Below are positions 22,162 to 32,936 of a stretch of 64,000 nt of DNA, piece after piece. The notes under the pieces were generated by a model. The model did not search any database. It saw only the letters and a program-made list of their open reading frames with translations, and was not told where the DNA came from. This stretch comes from Fidelibacterota bacterium. Its GTDB lineage: Bacteria > Fidelibacterota > UBA2242. The stretch's first letter is position 1; each line of letters starts with the position of its first letter. The translations under genes and the position numbers were made by a program. Where the stretch lies: assembly GCA_016782645.1 (NCBI GenBank), contig JADHYC010000004.1, forward strand, positions 612 through 64,611. Direction: 5' to 3'.

Positions 22162-22447
22162 TTACACACTCCATTTCCATATTAATAATAAATTAAGAAT
22201 AGAGTCTTAAATAACAAACTAAACGGTTAAAAATATTAAAATTGAAATGTCACAGATTATATGCAAAAATATGGTTATTTAACTGCTTGTCCAAGACAAC
22301 AAAATTTTCAACAAATCTATTAAATTGTTTTACCATTTATGCACTCCAAGAAATACCCACATCTCCAAACTCTGAATTGTGAAAAATCACTACTTTGTTG
22401 ATTTTCAACAAATAGAGATGTATATTCAAAAAAATTTGAGAGCAAAA

Positions 22448-23218
22448 ATGAAAAAATTATCAATCATACTCAGCATTTTAATCCTTATTATTGTTGGAAA
22501 TCTCACTGCTCAGGATCAACCTGTATATCCCCAACCTACAGACCTCATAACCATACCAACAGCAGGTATCATACCTCGTGGAGCATACTCAGTCAATGTC
22601 AGGCTTTCTCAAAACGGCGGTCTTATGACAGGAATATCGGCAGGTATTTCAAGCAGATTCATGTTTGGTATTTCCTATGGTGGATCTCAAATTATAGGCG
22701 ATCAAAAAATCATCTGGAACGCACAACCAGGGGTCGAAATTAAGTACAGATTTAGCGAGGAAAATACAAAATTACCTGCAGTGCTTTTAGGTTTTAATTC
22801 TCAGGGATTCGGAGCCTATATAGAAACTACTAAACGTTATGAAACCAAAGCCAAGGGATTTTATGTAGTTGCCAGTAAAAACTACCATTTTTTAGGTAAC
22901 CTCGGGATACATGCAGGTGTAAATTACAACCCTATTGAGGATGGAGACGGAGATAAGGATCCTTCTTTCTTTATCGGGCTAGATAAAGATATCAATCCGG
23001 AAATTTCTTTCTTGGTTGAATACGACGCAGCTTTAAATGATAATGAAACAAATGAAATATCTCTGGGAAAAGGAACTGGTTATCTGAATGCAGGTATTCG
23101 TTGGACATTAGTACAGCACTTTCACTTTGAGCTCGATTTCAATAATATCTTATTAAATCGTGAAAGTATTAATTATTTGACACGCGAACTGAAAATAACA
23201 TTTGTTGAATTTTTTTAA
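22448..23218 (+). CDS. outer-membrane beta-barrel protein (porin-like), hypothetical
   Basis: Signal peptide MKKLSIILSILILIIVGNLTAQ, alternating-hydrophobic strands, C-terminal …FVEFF. Start moved to the internal ATG with a signal peptide. Confidence 0.55.
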   Translation: MKKLSIILSILILIIVGNLTAQDQPVYPQPTDLITIPTAGIIPRGAYSVNVRLSQNGGLMTGISAGISSRFMFGISYGGSQIIGDQKIIWNAQPGVEIKYRFSEENTKLPAVLLGFNSQGFGAYIETTKRYETKAKGFYVVASKNYHFLGNLGIHAGVNYNPIEDGDGDKDPSFFIGLDKDINPEISFLVEYDAALNDNETNEISLGKGTGYLNAGIRWTLVQHFHFELDFNNILLNRESINYLTRELKITFVEFF

Positions 23219-23324
23219 TAAAATTGACACTTATCATTACTCTGCAAGGGCCTGTGGGAAAATATAACTATGATACAATATTACTAATTAGGAACTCAAA
23301 ACGCTAATAAGTGAGGGGGAAACT

Positions 23325-24107
23325 ATGAGGAATTGTACAAAACAGAGATTCCTATTTTTAACATTAGCAATTTTAATGCTGCTCTCATTTTCTCTTGTCT
23401 TTGCTCAAACTGGCAAGTTAAGGACACTGCTCGACGAAGCTGAAAAACTACATGATGCAAATGATTATAGCGGCACTATGCTAAAATTGAGGGAGGCAGA
23501 AAAAATCGATAGTGACAATCCGGAAGTTCTCTGGAAAATTGCAAGAGCATATTTTGATTTTTCAGACCAAGAGCCGGATAATGAAGATGTTCAAAAAGAG
23601 AATTTATATCCAGGCTTTGAATATGCAAAAAGATGCATTGAGATTGCTCCTGATGTCGCAGATGGACACCAGTACTATGCAATTCTTATAGGTCGGATAG
23701 GAGAAATTGAAGGAACAAAACAAAAAATCAAAAACTCTTATGCTGTAAAAGAGCATACTCTGAAAGCCATTGAGTTAGACCCTGACGAGCCCGCTAACTA
23801 TCACGTCATGGGGCGCTGGCATTTTGCCTTATCTGAGCTTAGCTGGATTGAAAGACAAATTGCCGCTGTAATATATGCTACTCCACCAAAAGCATCATTT
23901 GAAGAAGCAGAAAAGTTCTTCTTAAAAGCACGGAAACTTGAGTATGATGACATTCGACATGTTCTGTGGCTAGGAAAAACATACATCGAACTCGATAAAG
24001 AAGATCAGGCAAAGAAGATGCTTGAAACTACTCTCAAAATGAAGGCTGAAAGTGATTCAGATAGGGCAATGCAAAATGAGGCAAGAGAGCTGCTGAAAAA
24101 ACTATAG
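23325..24107 (+). CDS. secreted tetratricopeptide-repeat protein
   Basis: Signal peptide followed by TPR-like helices (LWKIARAYFDF…, WLGKTYIELDKEDQAKKMLE). Confidence 0.6.
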   Translation: MRNCTKQRFLFLTLAILMLLSFSLVFAQTGKLRTLLDEAEKLHDANDYSGTMLKLREAEKIDSDNPEVLWKIARAYFDFSDQEPDNEDVQKENLYPGFEYAKRCIEIAPDVADGHQYYAILIGRIGEIEGTKQKIKNSYAVKEHTLKAIELDPDEPANYHVMGRWHFALSELSWIERQIAAVIYATPPKASFEEAEKFFLKARKLEYDDIRHVLWLGKTYIELDKEDQAKKMLETTLKMKAESDSDRAMQNEARELLKKL

Positions 24108-24126
24108 TAAAATATTGCCTTTAAAA

Positions 24127-24276
24127 TGAAGGTGTTTAAAACTTTATTTAAAATAATTGGACTGTTTGTCTTTATAGGGTTAGTGTTATATTTCTTCAAA
24201 GACACTATCCTGAGACTCCTGGATTTACATGACCATAAGAGCAAAGAACCGACAGAGCAAAAAGCTGAATAAAACA
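24127..24276 (+). CDS. possible small single-TM protein (49 aa)
   Basis: ATG…TAA ORF, MKVFKTLFKIIGLFVFIGLVLYFF…, not in the ORF track (<60 aa). Low support. Confidence 0.25.
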
Positions 24277-24647
24277 TAGCCAGGAACTTTAATTTCAAAT
24301 TTCAAATTTGTCAGTGCCAAAAGACTAATAAAACATAGCCTGGAACCCAGATACTTTTGACTTATATTTTAGTGGCTGAGCTGTAACATATCTAAAAGAC
24401 TCCCTTGAAATTTGAAAGTTTTATAAACATCTATTTTACGATATTATGTGTATAATGTAAGGAGAACAAATAAGAAATAGATCATTAATCCTATGTCTAT
24501 CCCTTCCTTATTTCCAATACTGCTTTATTTTTTCTGTTTCCAAACTTGCAAATAGGTTAATACAATTATTCAATGAAATTAATACCATGTATGTAATTGC
24601 TAAAAAATTTTATCTACTCTCTATTATTCTTAAAAAAGAGGTCAATT

Positions 24648-26696
24648 GTGAAAAAGTTAAACTTGCTTTCAATATTTTTTCTCACTTTTCTAATTACAAC
24701 TACACAATTATTTAGTAAAGGAAAAAACATGAATTTAAACCTCATGCCTGTACCTGCTCAAATTACACTAACAGGTGAAAAATTCAGGCTAACTGATTCT
24801 TTCACACTCGCTGTCAAAGGAGAAGCTGGTGACAGACTATACAAAGGCTCAACGCGTGTATTAAGAAGGCTCGCCGGTCGTACGGGCCTATTTTTCCCTC
24901 AAGATTTTATTACAAAAGAAAGCTGTAGCGACACCGCTGACTTTATTATTAAAACCAATCGTGAGGGACGTGTTGCATTACACGAAGATGAAACTTACCA
25001 ATTAACAATTACAAAAGATAAAATTGAGATTGCTGCTGAAACAGACATTGGTGCTCTTAGAGGATTAGAAACATTTCTGCAACTATTAAGTGTTGACGAT
25101 AAAGGATACTATTTCCCTACCATTAAAATTGATGACTATCCTCGTTTCCCCTGGAGAGGACTGCTTATAGATGTTAGCCGCCATTTCATGCCCGTGAATG
25201 TAATTAAACGCAATTTAGATGGATTGGCAGCTGTGAAAATGAATGTTTTGCACTGGCATCTGGTTGACGATCAGGGGTTTCGTGTCGAATGCAAAACTTT
25301 CCCAAAACTGCACGAAAAAGGTTCTGATGGTTTCTACTACACTCAAGGACAGATCAAAGATATAATAGCTTATGCAGATGACCGAGGAATAAGAGTAATC
25401 CCAGAGTTCGATGTTCCCGCACATGCAACCAGCTGGCTTGTTGGGCATCCTGAACTTGGAAGCGCTCCTGGTCCTTACGCGGTAGAGAGAAATTGGGGAA
25501 TTAAAGACCCCACTATGGACCCTACTAAGGAAACAACCTACGAATTTCTTGATAAATTCTTTGAAGAAATTGCAGCATTGTTCCCAGACGAATATATGCA
25601 CATTGGGGGAGACGAGAACAGTGGTAATCATTGGAATGCTAATGAAAGCATTCAAGCATATATGAAAGAAAATAACATTCCCGATAATCATACACTTCAA
25701 AGTCACTTTAATCAACGTATTTTACAAATACTTACAAAACACGGTAAAAAAATGATAGGTTGGGATGAAATTTTTCATCCGGACCTGCCTAAAAATATTG
25801 TTATCCATTCATGGAGAGGACAGGAATCACTCGTTGAATCAGCGAAACAGGGCTACAATGGTATATTATCAAACGGATACTATATTGATTTGATCCAACC
25901 GGCATTCTATCATTACCTGAATGATCCAATCCCTGAGGATTCACCACTTACTGAATCAGAAAAGAAAAATATTCTCGGTGGAGAAGCAACTTCATGGGGC
26001 GAGCTGGTAACCTACGAGACGGTCGATTCCCGTATCTGGCCTCGAACTGCAGCAATAGCCGAACGCCTCTGGTCTCCTCAAAATGTTAAAGATGTTGAAG
26101 ATATGTACCGCCGTTCGGAGGTTGTCAGTATTCACCTTGAGGAATTAGGATTAACCCATATTAAAAACTATGAAATGATGCTTCGGCGACTAACTAACAA
26201 TGCAGATGTCACAACTTTGAGAAATCTGGTTGATGTAATCGAACCGGTAAAAAAATATAACCGCCATTCTCAAGGCATTAAATATACTTCCTATTCTCCT
26301 TATACCAGGATTGTTGATGCGGCAAGACCTGAATCAATGAAAGCCCGCCGATTCAACAAACTTGTAGATGAACTAATAGCAAATAAAAAAGATGCTTCTA
26401 CTGACGAAATCAAGTCAATGCTTAATCTCTGGAAAAACAATCACAAGGAATTAGTCAAGACTATAAGAGTTTCCCCTGTTATTAAAGAAATTGAAACACT
26501 CTCAGAAGATTTAGCTGCAATCTCAGGAATCGGACTAAAATCAATTAATTATATTACTAAAGGAAAGAAAGCACAAAAAAGGTGGGTTAAAAAAAGCATG
26601 AAAATGTTGGAGAAATCTAAAGAGCCAAGAGGACAAACAGAATTAATGGTAGTTTCTGGTATTGAAAATTTAGTCAGGGTAGCAGGCAAGGATTAA
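24648..26696 (+). CDS. beta-N-acetylhexosaminidase, glycoside hydrolase family 20
   Basis: GH20 catalytic motifs (HWHLVDDQGFR, HIGGDE). GTG start 7 nt after AAGAGG gives signal peptide VKKLNLLSIFFLTFLITTTQLFS. Confidence 0.85.
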   Translation: MKKLNLLSIFFLTFLITTTQLFSKGKNMNLNLMPVPAQITLTGEKFRLTDSFTLAVKGEAGDRLYKGSTRVLRRLAGRTGLFFPQDFITKESCSDTADFIIKTNREGRVALHEDETYQLTITKDKIEIAAETDIGALRGLETFLQLLSVDDKGYYFPTIKIDDYPRFPWRGLLIDVSRHFMPVNVIKRNLDGLAAVKMNVLHWHLVDDQGFRVECKTFPKLHEKGSDGFYYTQGQIKDIIAYADDRGIRVIPEFDVPAHATSWLVGHPELGSAPGPYAVERNWGIKDPTMDPTKETTYEFLDKFFEEIAALFPDEYMHIGGDENSGNHWNANESIQAYMKENNIPDNHTLQSHFNQRILQILTKHGKKMIGWDEIFHPDLPKNIVIHSWRGQESLVESAKQGYNGILSNGYYIDLIQPAFYHYLNDPIPEDSPLTESEKKNILGGEATSWGELVTYETVDSRIWPRTAAIAERLWSPQNVKDVEDMYRRSEVVSIHLEELGLTHIKNYEMMLRRLTNNADVTTLRNLVDVIEPVKKYNRHSQGIKYTSYSPYTRIVDAARPESMKARRFNKLVDELIANKKDASTDEIKSMLNLWKNNHKELVKTIRVSPVIKEIETLSEDLAAISGIGLKSINYITKGKKAQKRWVKKSMKMLEKSKEPRGQTELMVVSGIENLVRVAGKD

Positions 26697-26797
26697 ACCT
26701 TGATTATTCACCGCTCCAGAGGAGTCCCTTTGGGGCAGATGTCGCAAAGAGCGCAGAGTCAATCACCTCGTTAATGTAAATACTTGAAATAGATTTT

Positions 26798-27574
26798 TTA
26801 TTGCTTTGCAGATCGACACAGCGAATAATAGATATCCCGTTTCGCATCGTACCATCCCTCGACAATCACGGAGTTCCTGAGTGTTATATCATAAGACTGC
26901 CGCAAGATTTTAGATTCTATTGTAAATCTATCATCTCTTTGAACAGTATGAATAGATTCTGCTTCAATTTCTATATTTTTCCCTAAATCAAACCGTGCAT
27001 ATTCATCGGCATCTTTCCAAGCTCTTACCCAGGAAGAATATCTTGCAACTATCCCAACACCATAAATCCAATCTTTTGAGGTAGGTAATTCTCTTATCCA
27101 TTCAGGCTGAGAACCCCACACTTTTGGCTTTGTTGAATCAAACGAAAGTTTCCCTGTCGATGGATATGCTAACAAAATAAAATATCCATCTTCAGTTAAT
27201 AAAGAATCAACAATGCTGAAATTATTTTTGATCTGAATCAGAATTGATTCTTCATAAGATTGCTCAAAAGTGGGATTTAAAAGCCTTAACTTTCCATCCG
27301 CAAGCTCTTCAACTTCAAAAATTAATTGAATCTGTTTTTGCTTCGCCATGTTCTTCAAAGCAAGGTTTATCGCTACTTGCTCAGCTATAGTAACATCTTG
27401 ATACTTGCCTGAATAACCAACAGAAAACATTGTACCAGCCGGAGCTTCAGGGAGTTGCTCAAACCAGGAAGAGATTACCGTCTGAGATAAAGCCTCCGAA
27501 AGGATCCTGTTGGGAAAAGCTCCGCAAAGTTGTATTACAGCTATTGTAAAAATTACAATACTTTTTCTTTTCAT
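26798..27574 (-). CDS. secreted LPP20-fold protein (paralog 1)
   Basis: Signal peptide. C-terminal block PEWIRELP…DWIYGVGIVARYSS…A…A matches the LPP20/FlgP-like 'PEW…GVG…A…A…A' pattern. Confidence 0.55.
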   Translation of the reverse strand: MKRKSIVIFTIAVIQLCGAFPNRILSEALSQTVISSWFEQLPEAPAGTMFSVGYSGKYQDVTIAEQVAINLALKNMAKQKQIQLIFEVEELADGKLRLLNPTFEQSYEESILIQIKNNFSIVDSLLTEDGYFILLAYPSTGKLSFDSTKPKVWGSQPEWIRELPTSKDWIYGVGIVARYSSWVRAWKDADEYARFDLGKNIEIEAESIHTVQRDDRFTIESKILRQSYDITLRNSVIVEGWYDAKRDIYYSLCRSAKQ

Positions 27575-27819
27575 AATGAAAATACGACCAAACTTGAGTC
27601 AAGTCTTATTAAATTACTTCACCCAATCAATCCTTGATTTGATATTTAGACTAACTTCCATAATTCACAATCTTTTAGTGACTTAACTTAAGTTTGGTTG
27701 ACTTCTGAGAATTCTATAAGATAAACTATATATCATAAGAGATTTGTTCAGAATGGCAAAGAAAGGAAAAGCCTACCCATCCCGAAGTATTGTGACGGGC
27801 AGGCATTTAAGTACTCTTT

Positions 27820-28374
27820 TTACTCTCCTATAGCTTCCAGCTTATCAATCTCTTTTTCAAGGTCATCAAAACTCAGATTGGCTTTCGCCTCGTTATAGAG
27901 TGCTTTCTGTTTTTTTGCCTCATTCAATGTTTCCTGAATTAACGAATTCAAGTTATATTCTGCCAAAGAATAAGCGTGGTATTGACTTCCCTCAGTTTTC
28001 ATCTCTCTTTTGGCAATTCGACACCCACGTAGCACCGTATTAGCAACCTGTTTACTCACTGATGAAGTAAACTCGAGAGCCTCAGCGTCTTCTCCGAGAC
28101 CACTCTGCTGCATGAAGTTTTTCAGCATATTCGAGACTTTTACCTCGATTACTCTCGAGATACCATCTCTTGCACGGGCATCTGAAGCTTCTTTTGCAAG
28201 AGCCATGCTCATCTTTGCTGCATCTCCGGCTTCATAGATGACATCTTCAGCCTGTGGTGGATTAAGGTACCACTCAGGAATTTCCTGCATTTTAGCTTTG
28301 GGTTTTCCACCCCCGCAATTTACAAGCATCAGTGCCAATGGAATCAACATCGCTAAGATTAAAACTTTCTTCAT
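27820..28374 (-). CDS. LPP20-fold lipoprotein (paralog 2)
   Basis: Start at the ATG with GGAGA RBS gives lipobox MKKVLILAMLIPLALMLVNC. PEWYLNPPQAEDVIYEAGDAAKMSMALAKEASDARARDGI motif. C-terminal coiled coil. Confidence 0.6.
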   Translation of the reverse strand: MKKVLILAMLIPLALMLVNCGGGKPKAKMQEIPEWYLNPPQAEDVIYEAGDAAKMSMALAKEASDARARDGISRVIEVKVSNMLKNFMQQSGLGEDAEALEFTSSVSKQVANTVLRGCRIAKREMKTEGSQYHAYSLAEYNLNSLIQETLNEAKKQKALYNEAKANLSFDDLEKEIDKLEAIGE

Positions 28375-28427
28375 AACTTTTCTCCTTCTGTTAAGCATTT
28401 GTTTCTAATTATAATATACTTTTTCTA

Positions 28428-29795
28428 TCAATTAGCTGCACTTTGTAAAAAGGCAGCAAATTTCTTCTTTGATATTTTCAAGTTCTTGTGAGACTTTTCT
28501 ACTGCTGCCTGTCGAGACCCTTCATTCAGTCCTTTTCCCTTTGCTTTAAAAGAGGCTATGGTTTTACCATCAGAACGATCAATGAGGCTCAGCTTCACAA
28601 CAGATTCGACATAAAACTGTTTACCCATTGGAGAATCTATTTCTTTTTCATTGAAAACAGCAACATTACCCTCTATAACAAAAGGGGCGTCATCAGAAAC
28701 CGAGTAACCATTTTCACTAACCAAACCGGCAAATTTATCCTCAATATTTTTGTATCTGCTCCCACTTTTGTCAACGATATGAATAAAAAAATCAAGGGGT
28801 TCGATTTCAAAAAAATAATGAATAAATATCTCCGATTTAGAAATCAAATCTTTGAAAATATCCGGCAGTCTTGCCATATTTAGAGAGATAATCACTGCAC
28901 CATTTTTACCTATATCATCGGTTGGAACGGCAACAACTCTGAATTCGGCAAAACCATCTGAATTGGTCTCTTTTTTTGCAATCAATTCTCCATTATCATA
29001 TTTCGCTAAAACAGGGAATCTATCCACACCAATCTTCTCTCTGGTCTCAGATTCGTAAAAAACTTTTACTACTAAAGGCATTGACAAAACAGTACCTGAT
29101 TTACCCTTTTGATTTTCACCTGATACAGCAGTTAATTCAATATGAGAAAATAGATCACGCATCTCTGCCAAAATCCCCGGTCCGGTGAACTGCTCAATTA
29201 CAGGGTATTTCTTTCCGGATAAAGCAGTGTAAAGTGCACCTTTTGTGTAAAACTCTGGAATGCAATTTTGTGCATCTATATAATTTTCTACAGACGCAAA
29301 TATCTTTCCCTCAGAAGAAAGTTTTCTAGCACTTCCTACCAATTGTTCAGTTTCTGTTAGAATTTCTCCCATCTCAACTTCAATTCCTGATAAATATTTC
29401 GATTTATTGAGCACAGCAAGTATGTAATACTTTCCTTTTACCTTTTTTACCTTTGCTATCTCAATCCCAGCTATAGTTTCCGAAACTACAGATTTGGTTT
29501 GCGACTTTACTTCAGAAGTTATATATCCCTTATCTCCCTCACGAAATTCTGATTCAATTGTTTCAAGTTCCGACTCAATCTTAACCCTTATCTGTTTAGC
29601 AACATCCGCTCTTGCAAGCTCAATTGCTTCTGTTTTGTTATCTGCAATTCCAACACCCAGGAAAAAATTTGAAGAAGGATACTTTTTATGTTGATTTGTC
29701 TTTGCCCACTCCGGAACCTGAGCAAAAACGGAGGTAAAATTCAATAAAAAAAACATTCCTAAGATGAAGATATTTGAGTTCTTGTGCACAATCAT
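28428..29795 (-). CDS. secreted protein with N-terminal LPP20-fold domain (paralog 3) and about 300-aa extension
   Basis: Signal peptide. VPEWAKT…FFLGVGIADNKTEAIELARADVAKQIRVKI. 29 nt from the downstream gene. Confidence 0.55.
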   Translation of the reverse strand: MIVHKNSNIFILGMFFLLNFTSVFAQVPEWAKTNQHKKYPSSNFFLGVGIADNKTEAIELARADVAKQIRVKIESELETIESEFREGDKGYITSEVKSQTKSVVSETIAGIEIAKVKKVKGKYYILAVLNKSKYLSGIEVEMGEILTETEQLVGSARKLSSEGKIFASVENYIDAQNCIPEFYTKGALYTALSGKKYPVIEQFTGPGILAEMRDLFSHIELTAVSGENQKGKSGTVLSMPLVVKVFYESETREKIGVDRFPVLAKYDNGELIAKKETNSDGFAEFRVVAVPTDDIGKNGAVIISLNMARLPDIFKDLISKSEIFIHYFFEIEPLDFFIHIVDKSGSRYKNIEDKFAGLVSENGYSVSDDAPFVIEGNVAVFNEKEIDSPMGKQFYVESVVKLSLIDRSDGKTIASFKAKGKGLNEGSRQAAVEKSHKNLKISKKKFAAFLQSAAN

Positions 29796-29800
29796 CTCCT

Positions 29801-31069
29801 TTACTCTTCAACAACATTAAGAAGTATCAGTTTGCGAGATATGGATACTTTTTTAACCTCTCCATTTCCCTTATAATTCTTCTTAAAATAGCGATAAATA
29901 TCTGTTGAAGATCTATACTGCTCTGGATTGCACCAAAACTGAACATCATAAGTATAATCAGCAACCACATTCTCTTTATATGTTTTTGAAACCTTTTTAA
30001 CAACATCGCTTACCGAAAATATTATATCTTCAGAATCGTCCATATTGAACACATCACTAACCGTAACAATCATTTTGTACTGAATGCCTTGTTTCAGGTC
30101 CTTTTTCCAGTAATTCATGATACGACTTAAAACCTTATCAATTGCGTCATTCATTGCTTCTTCAATAAGTACAGCGTCAGGTACCAACCTCTCATGACTA
30201 TATCCGGTTTCCGTGCCAAGAAGCCGTCCGGTCGTAGTCTCGTATGCCCTACATGCTACAATGCCTTTTTTTACTCTGCTTGATCCGAGCATCCGTGATT
30301 CGATAGAAACATTATAACTCATATAAACATCACTGCCAATTGATAGTGCCAATAGATAGCCATAATCTTCCTCAGCACCCTCAAGTGCATATTGAGTAGC
30401 AGTTAATTTCTGTATCACCTGCTGCTGCTCAGGAACAATTACTTCATATTTTCTTACGGTTAAATAAGACTCGATGACTTCAGCTGCCTTTTTCAAATTG
30501 GGATCTGTTTTAAGGAGTTCTATCGGTGCCGTTTCACCCTTTGCTTCAGGTATGACCATTATAGATGGTAAGCCAACGGAACCGGCTATCGTTGATTCCT
30601 CAGAAAGGACTCCTTTATTAACAAGACTTTCGGTTATTAATGCCTTATTGATTCTGTAGGTTTTCTCAATTTTTAACTTCTTTCCACCTTCTATCTTGAG
30701 ACGCTTATCGTAATATTCTGCCTCCCATGCAATAAAATTCCGAATGTTACTTTTTATAAAAAACTCTTTCTGTATTTTCTCAAATGCTATCCTTTCTTCA
30801 TCTGTTTGAATCAAAGGGTCTGAACCACCAAGTAAAATAAACCATACTGCTGCTTTCATGGCGTCTGTATTTGCGCTTTTGTCCAATACTTTTGCTTTAG
30901 GTTTTCTGTGCTTTCTATCAATTCCATATCCTGTAGCACGAACCATGACCTCGCTCGGAGAAGTGCTTTCCAATAAAACCACTTCTCTCGAACGTGGAAG
31001 GTTTGATTTTCCCATTACAAGAGATGTGCTTAAAAATAGTGTTGCCATGAAAAGTATTTTTTTCATCAA
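29801..31069 (-). CDS. secreted hypothetical protein (envelope cluster member)
   Basis: 422 aa with signal peptide MMKKILFMATLFLSTSLVMG. 5-nt gap to the neighbour, so operonic. Confidence 0.5.
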   Translation of the reverse strand: MMKKILFMATLFLSTSLVMGKSNLPRSREVVLLESTSPSEVMVRATGYGIDRKHRKPKAKVLDKSANTDAMKAAVWFILLGGSDPLIQTDEERIAFEKIQKEFFIKSNIRNFIAWEAEYYDKRLKIEGGKKLKIEKTYRINKALITESLVNKGVLSEESTIAGSVGLPSIMVIPEAKGETAPIELLKTDPNLKKAAEVIESYLTVRKYEVIVPEQQQVIQKLTATQYALEGAEEDYGYLLALSIGSDVYMSYNVSIESRMLGSSRVKKGIVACRAYETTTGRLLGTETGYSHERLVPDAVLIEEAMNDAIDKVLSRIMNYWKKDLKQGIQYKMIVTVSDVFNMDDSEDIIFSVSDVVKKVSKTYKENVVADYTYDVQFWCNPEQYRSSTDIYRYFKKNYKGNGEVKKVSISRKLILLNVVEE

Positions 31070-31077
31070 ATTCTCCT

Positions 31078-32823
31078 TTAAAAAATCTTTAATTTACTTT
31101 GTAGTATTGCAACTGGGTTAAAGGGCAACGTCGGCGGAGAAAAATGGATATAAAAACCATATGTGGGCCCGAAACTGTATATTTTAGGGACTGCCCAGTC
31201 TACTAAGTTATCCATATCTACTTCGTCCTCATCGTACTTTACAGTCCACCAATCCATTGGGGGAAACAAATTAAAACCTGCAAAAACGCCAACATTGCAA
31301 TCAATATTTACTGCATATTCAAGTCCAAGGTTAAATCTCAGACCAAGACTATTATTAGAAATAGTTACATCTTCACCTTCATAATAATCGTTACTGTGAA
31401 AATCGTATATAGAAAGAACTTGAATGCCAGCAAGTCCTTCTCCGTGTAATGCAAATTGTCCCAAATATACTTTCTTCATAAAACCAACATATCCATGAAA
31501 AACTCCTGCAACACGATTAATTGTTGGAGTATTAGAAAAAAGATCGAGACCACTATCATATATCCGACTATTAATTGGCACAGCACCAGCCGATCCACCT
31601 AATATAAAAAAAGTCTGCCGTTTTTTTGTAAACTGCGCAATATTCCATTGAATATCCATATCAATTCCTATTGCACCTCCTTTGTAATCATCAAAATAGA
31701 CAAGAAATTCTTTATCGGTGTTCAAAACAACACCCTCTTCTATATTCATAGTAAACCATCTCGGCTTCACAGCAATATCTATTCCTAATCTTGGATGTTC
31801 AATAATCATCATTCCTCGAACCCAATCACCTTTTTTGATAGCCCACGCCGAAGAAAGTTGCCCGGCAGATTTTCTGTTATCCGTAACTGTGCCCACGCGC
31901 ACAAACCCCGACTTTTCAAAGCGGATTTTACCATCATTCGACTCTACCCATTCACCCACAAAGAAGGGTTCATCCATCTTTATACCTTCTGCTTTTCCAA
32001 GTGGAAAGCGAATATTTCTTTTCACAACCTCGGCAATTGGTGACTGAAGTTTGAAAATATCTATCTCACGCGTTCTAACTTGCAGGTTCATAGCAAGTGT
32101 CTGTGCTGCTGACCGAAATGCTGAATTATGGTTTTCATCGCTTGCTTCTCCTCTGGCAACGATTTTCTCTATCTTTTCAACACCTGGGTTATCTCCTGCT
32201 ATAAGATGATACCAGATCAGCCCACCTTTTATAGAGACCGTTATTTCTTTTTTATCTTCATCCTTCTTGTCCTTACCTTTTTCAACTTTGTACTTAGAAA
32301 GAAATGGGACATATAAGTATGACGAATTCATTACCTGTTCCAATTGTTCGGCAGTAATTCCCATTTCCTTCGCTTTGAGAACAATGAAGGAATTTTTTTG
32401 GACCTCAGTTACAAGATTTCTTGCTCTAATCTCCTTTTGGACATCTAAAATTTTAATAAGCTCTGAAGCAATGGTTTCATCAATGAGATCACCAATTTCT
32501 GATTCAGAGTAACTCCCTCCCATCGAATAAGAGTTTTTAAATGAACTCTGAACCTTTTCCGGAAGAGGATTATAGTCGAAACGGGCGATTTTGATTCCAT
32601 CGTGAATAGCTGAAAGAAAATATCTTTCGTTTCTATCCGGAAGATGAATTCCTCTTTTAGTAACAAGTAAAACATCGACGTATGATATGGATTTTCGAGT
32701 GTATTTCCCAGTCTGAGCAAATCCGCTACTTACCAGTACAAAAATAAAAATTAGAAAAAAGATTTTTCTTATCCATACCATATTCTTTTGTGGAAGTAAT
32801 TCAGAATCGCTTTTAGAAATCAT
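31078..32823 (-). CDS. hypothetical envelope protein with predicted C-terminal beta-barrel
   Basis: 581 aa with N-terminal signal/TM (FFLIFIFVLVSSGFAQ). C-terminal 250 aa alternate hydrophobic/Gly-rich strands ending …KLKIF. It is the first gene of the five-gene minus-strand cluster. Start may be the internal Met (MVWIRK…). Confidence 0.5.
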   Translation of the reverse strand: MISKSDSELLPQKNMVWIRKIFFLIFIFVLVSSGFAQTGKYTRKSISYVDVLLVTKRGIHLPDRNERYFLSAIHDGIKIARFDYNPLPEKVQSSFKNSYSMGGSYSESEIGDLIDETIASELIKILDVQKEIRARNLVTEVQKNSFIVLKAKEMGITAEQLEQVMNSSYLYVPFLSKYKVEKGKDKKDEDKKEITVSIKGGLIWYHLIAGDNPGVEKIEKIVARGEASDENHNSAFRSAAQTLAMNLQVRTREIDIFKLQSPIAEVVKRNIRFPLGKAEGIKMDEPFFVGEWVESNDGKIRFEKSGFVRVGTVTDNRKSAGQLSSAWAIKKGDWVRGMMIIEHPRLGIDIAVKPRWFTMNIEEGVVLNTDKEFLVYFDDYKGGAIGIDMDIQWNIAQFTKKRQTFFILGGSAGAVPINSRIYDSGLDLFSNTPTINRVAGVFHGYVGFMKKVYLGQFALHGEGLAGIQVLSIYDFHSNDYYEGEDVTISNNSLGLRFNLGLEYAVNIDCNVGVFAGFNLFPPMDWWTVKYDEDEVDMDNLVDWAVPKIYSFGPTYGFYIHFSPPTLPFNPVAILQSKLKIF

Positions 32824-32936
32824 GGTTGCTCTACTCTATTACTAATATAATTCTTTTTTGCATTGTGGTTTAATTTCATCTTAAACTTTTTAGATGTCAA
32901 TCTTTTTCTTTTTGATGTCTATTTTAAATATAAATG

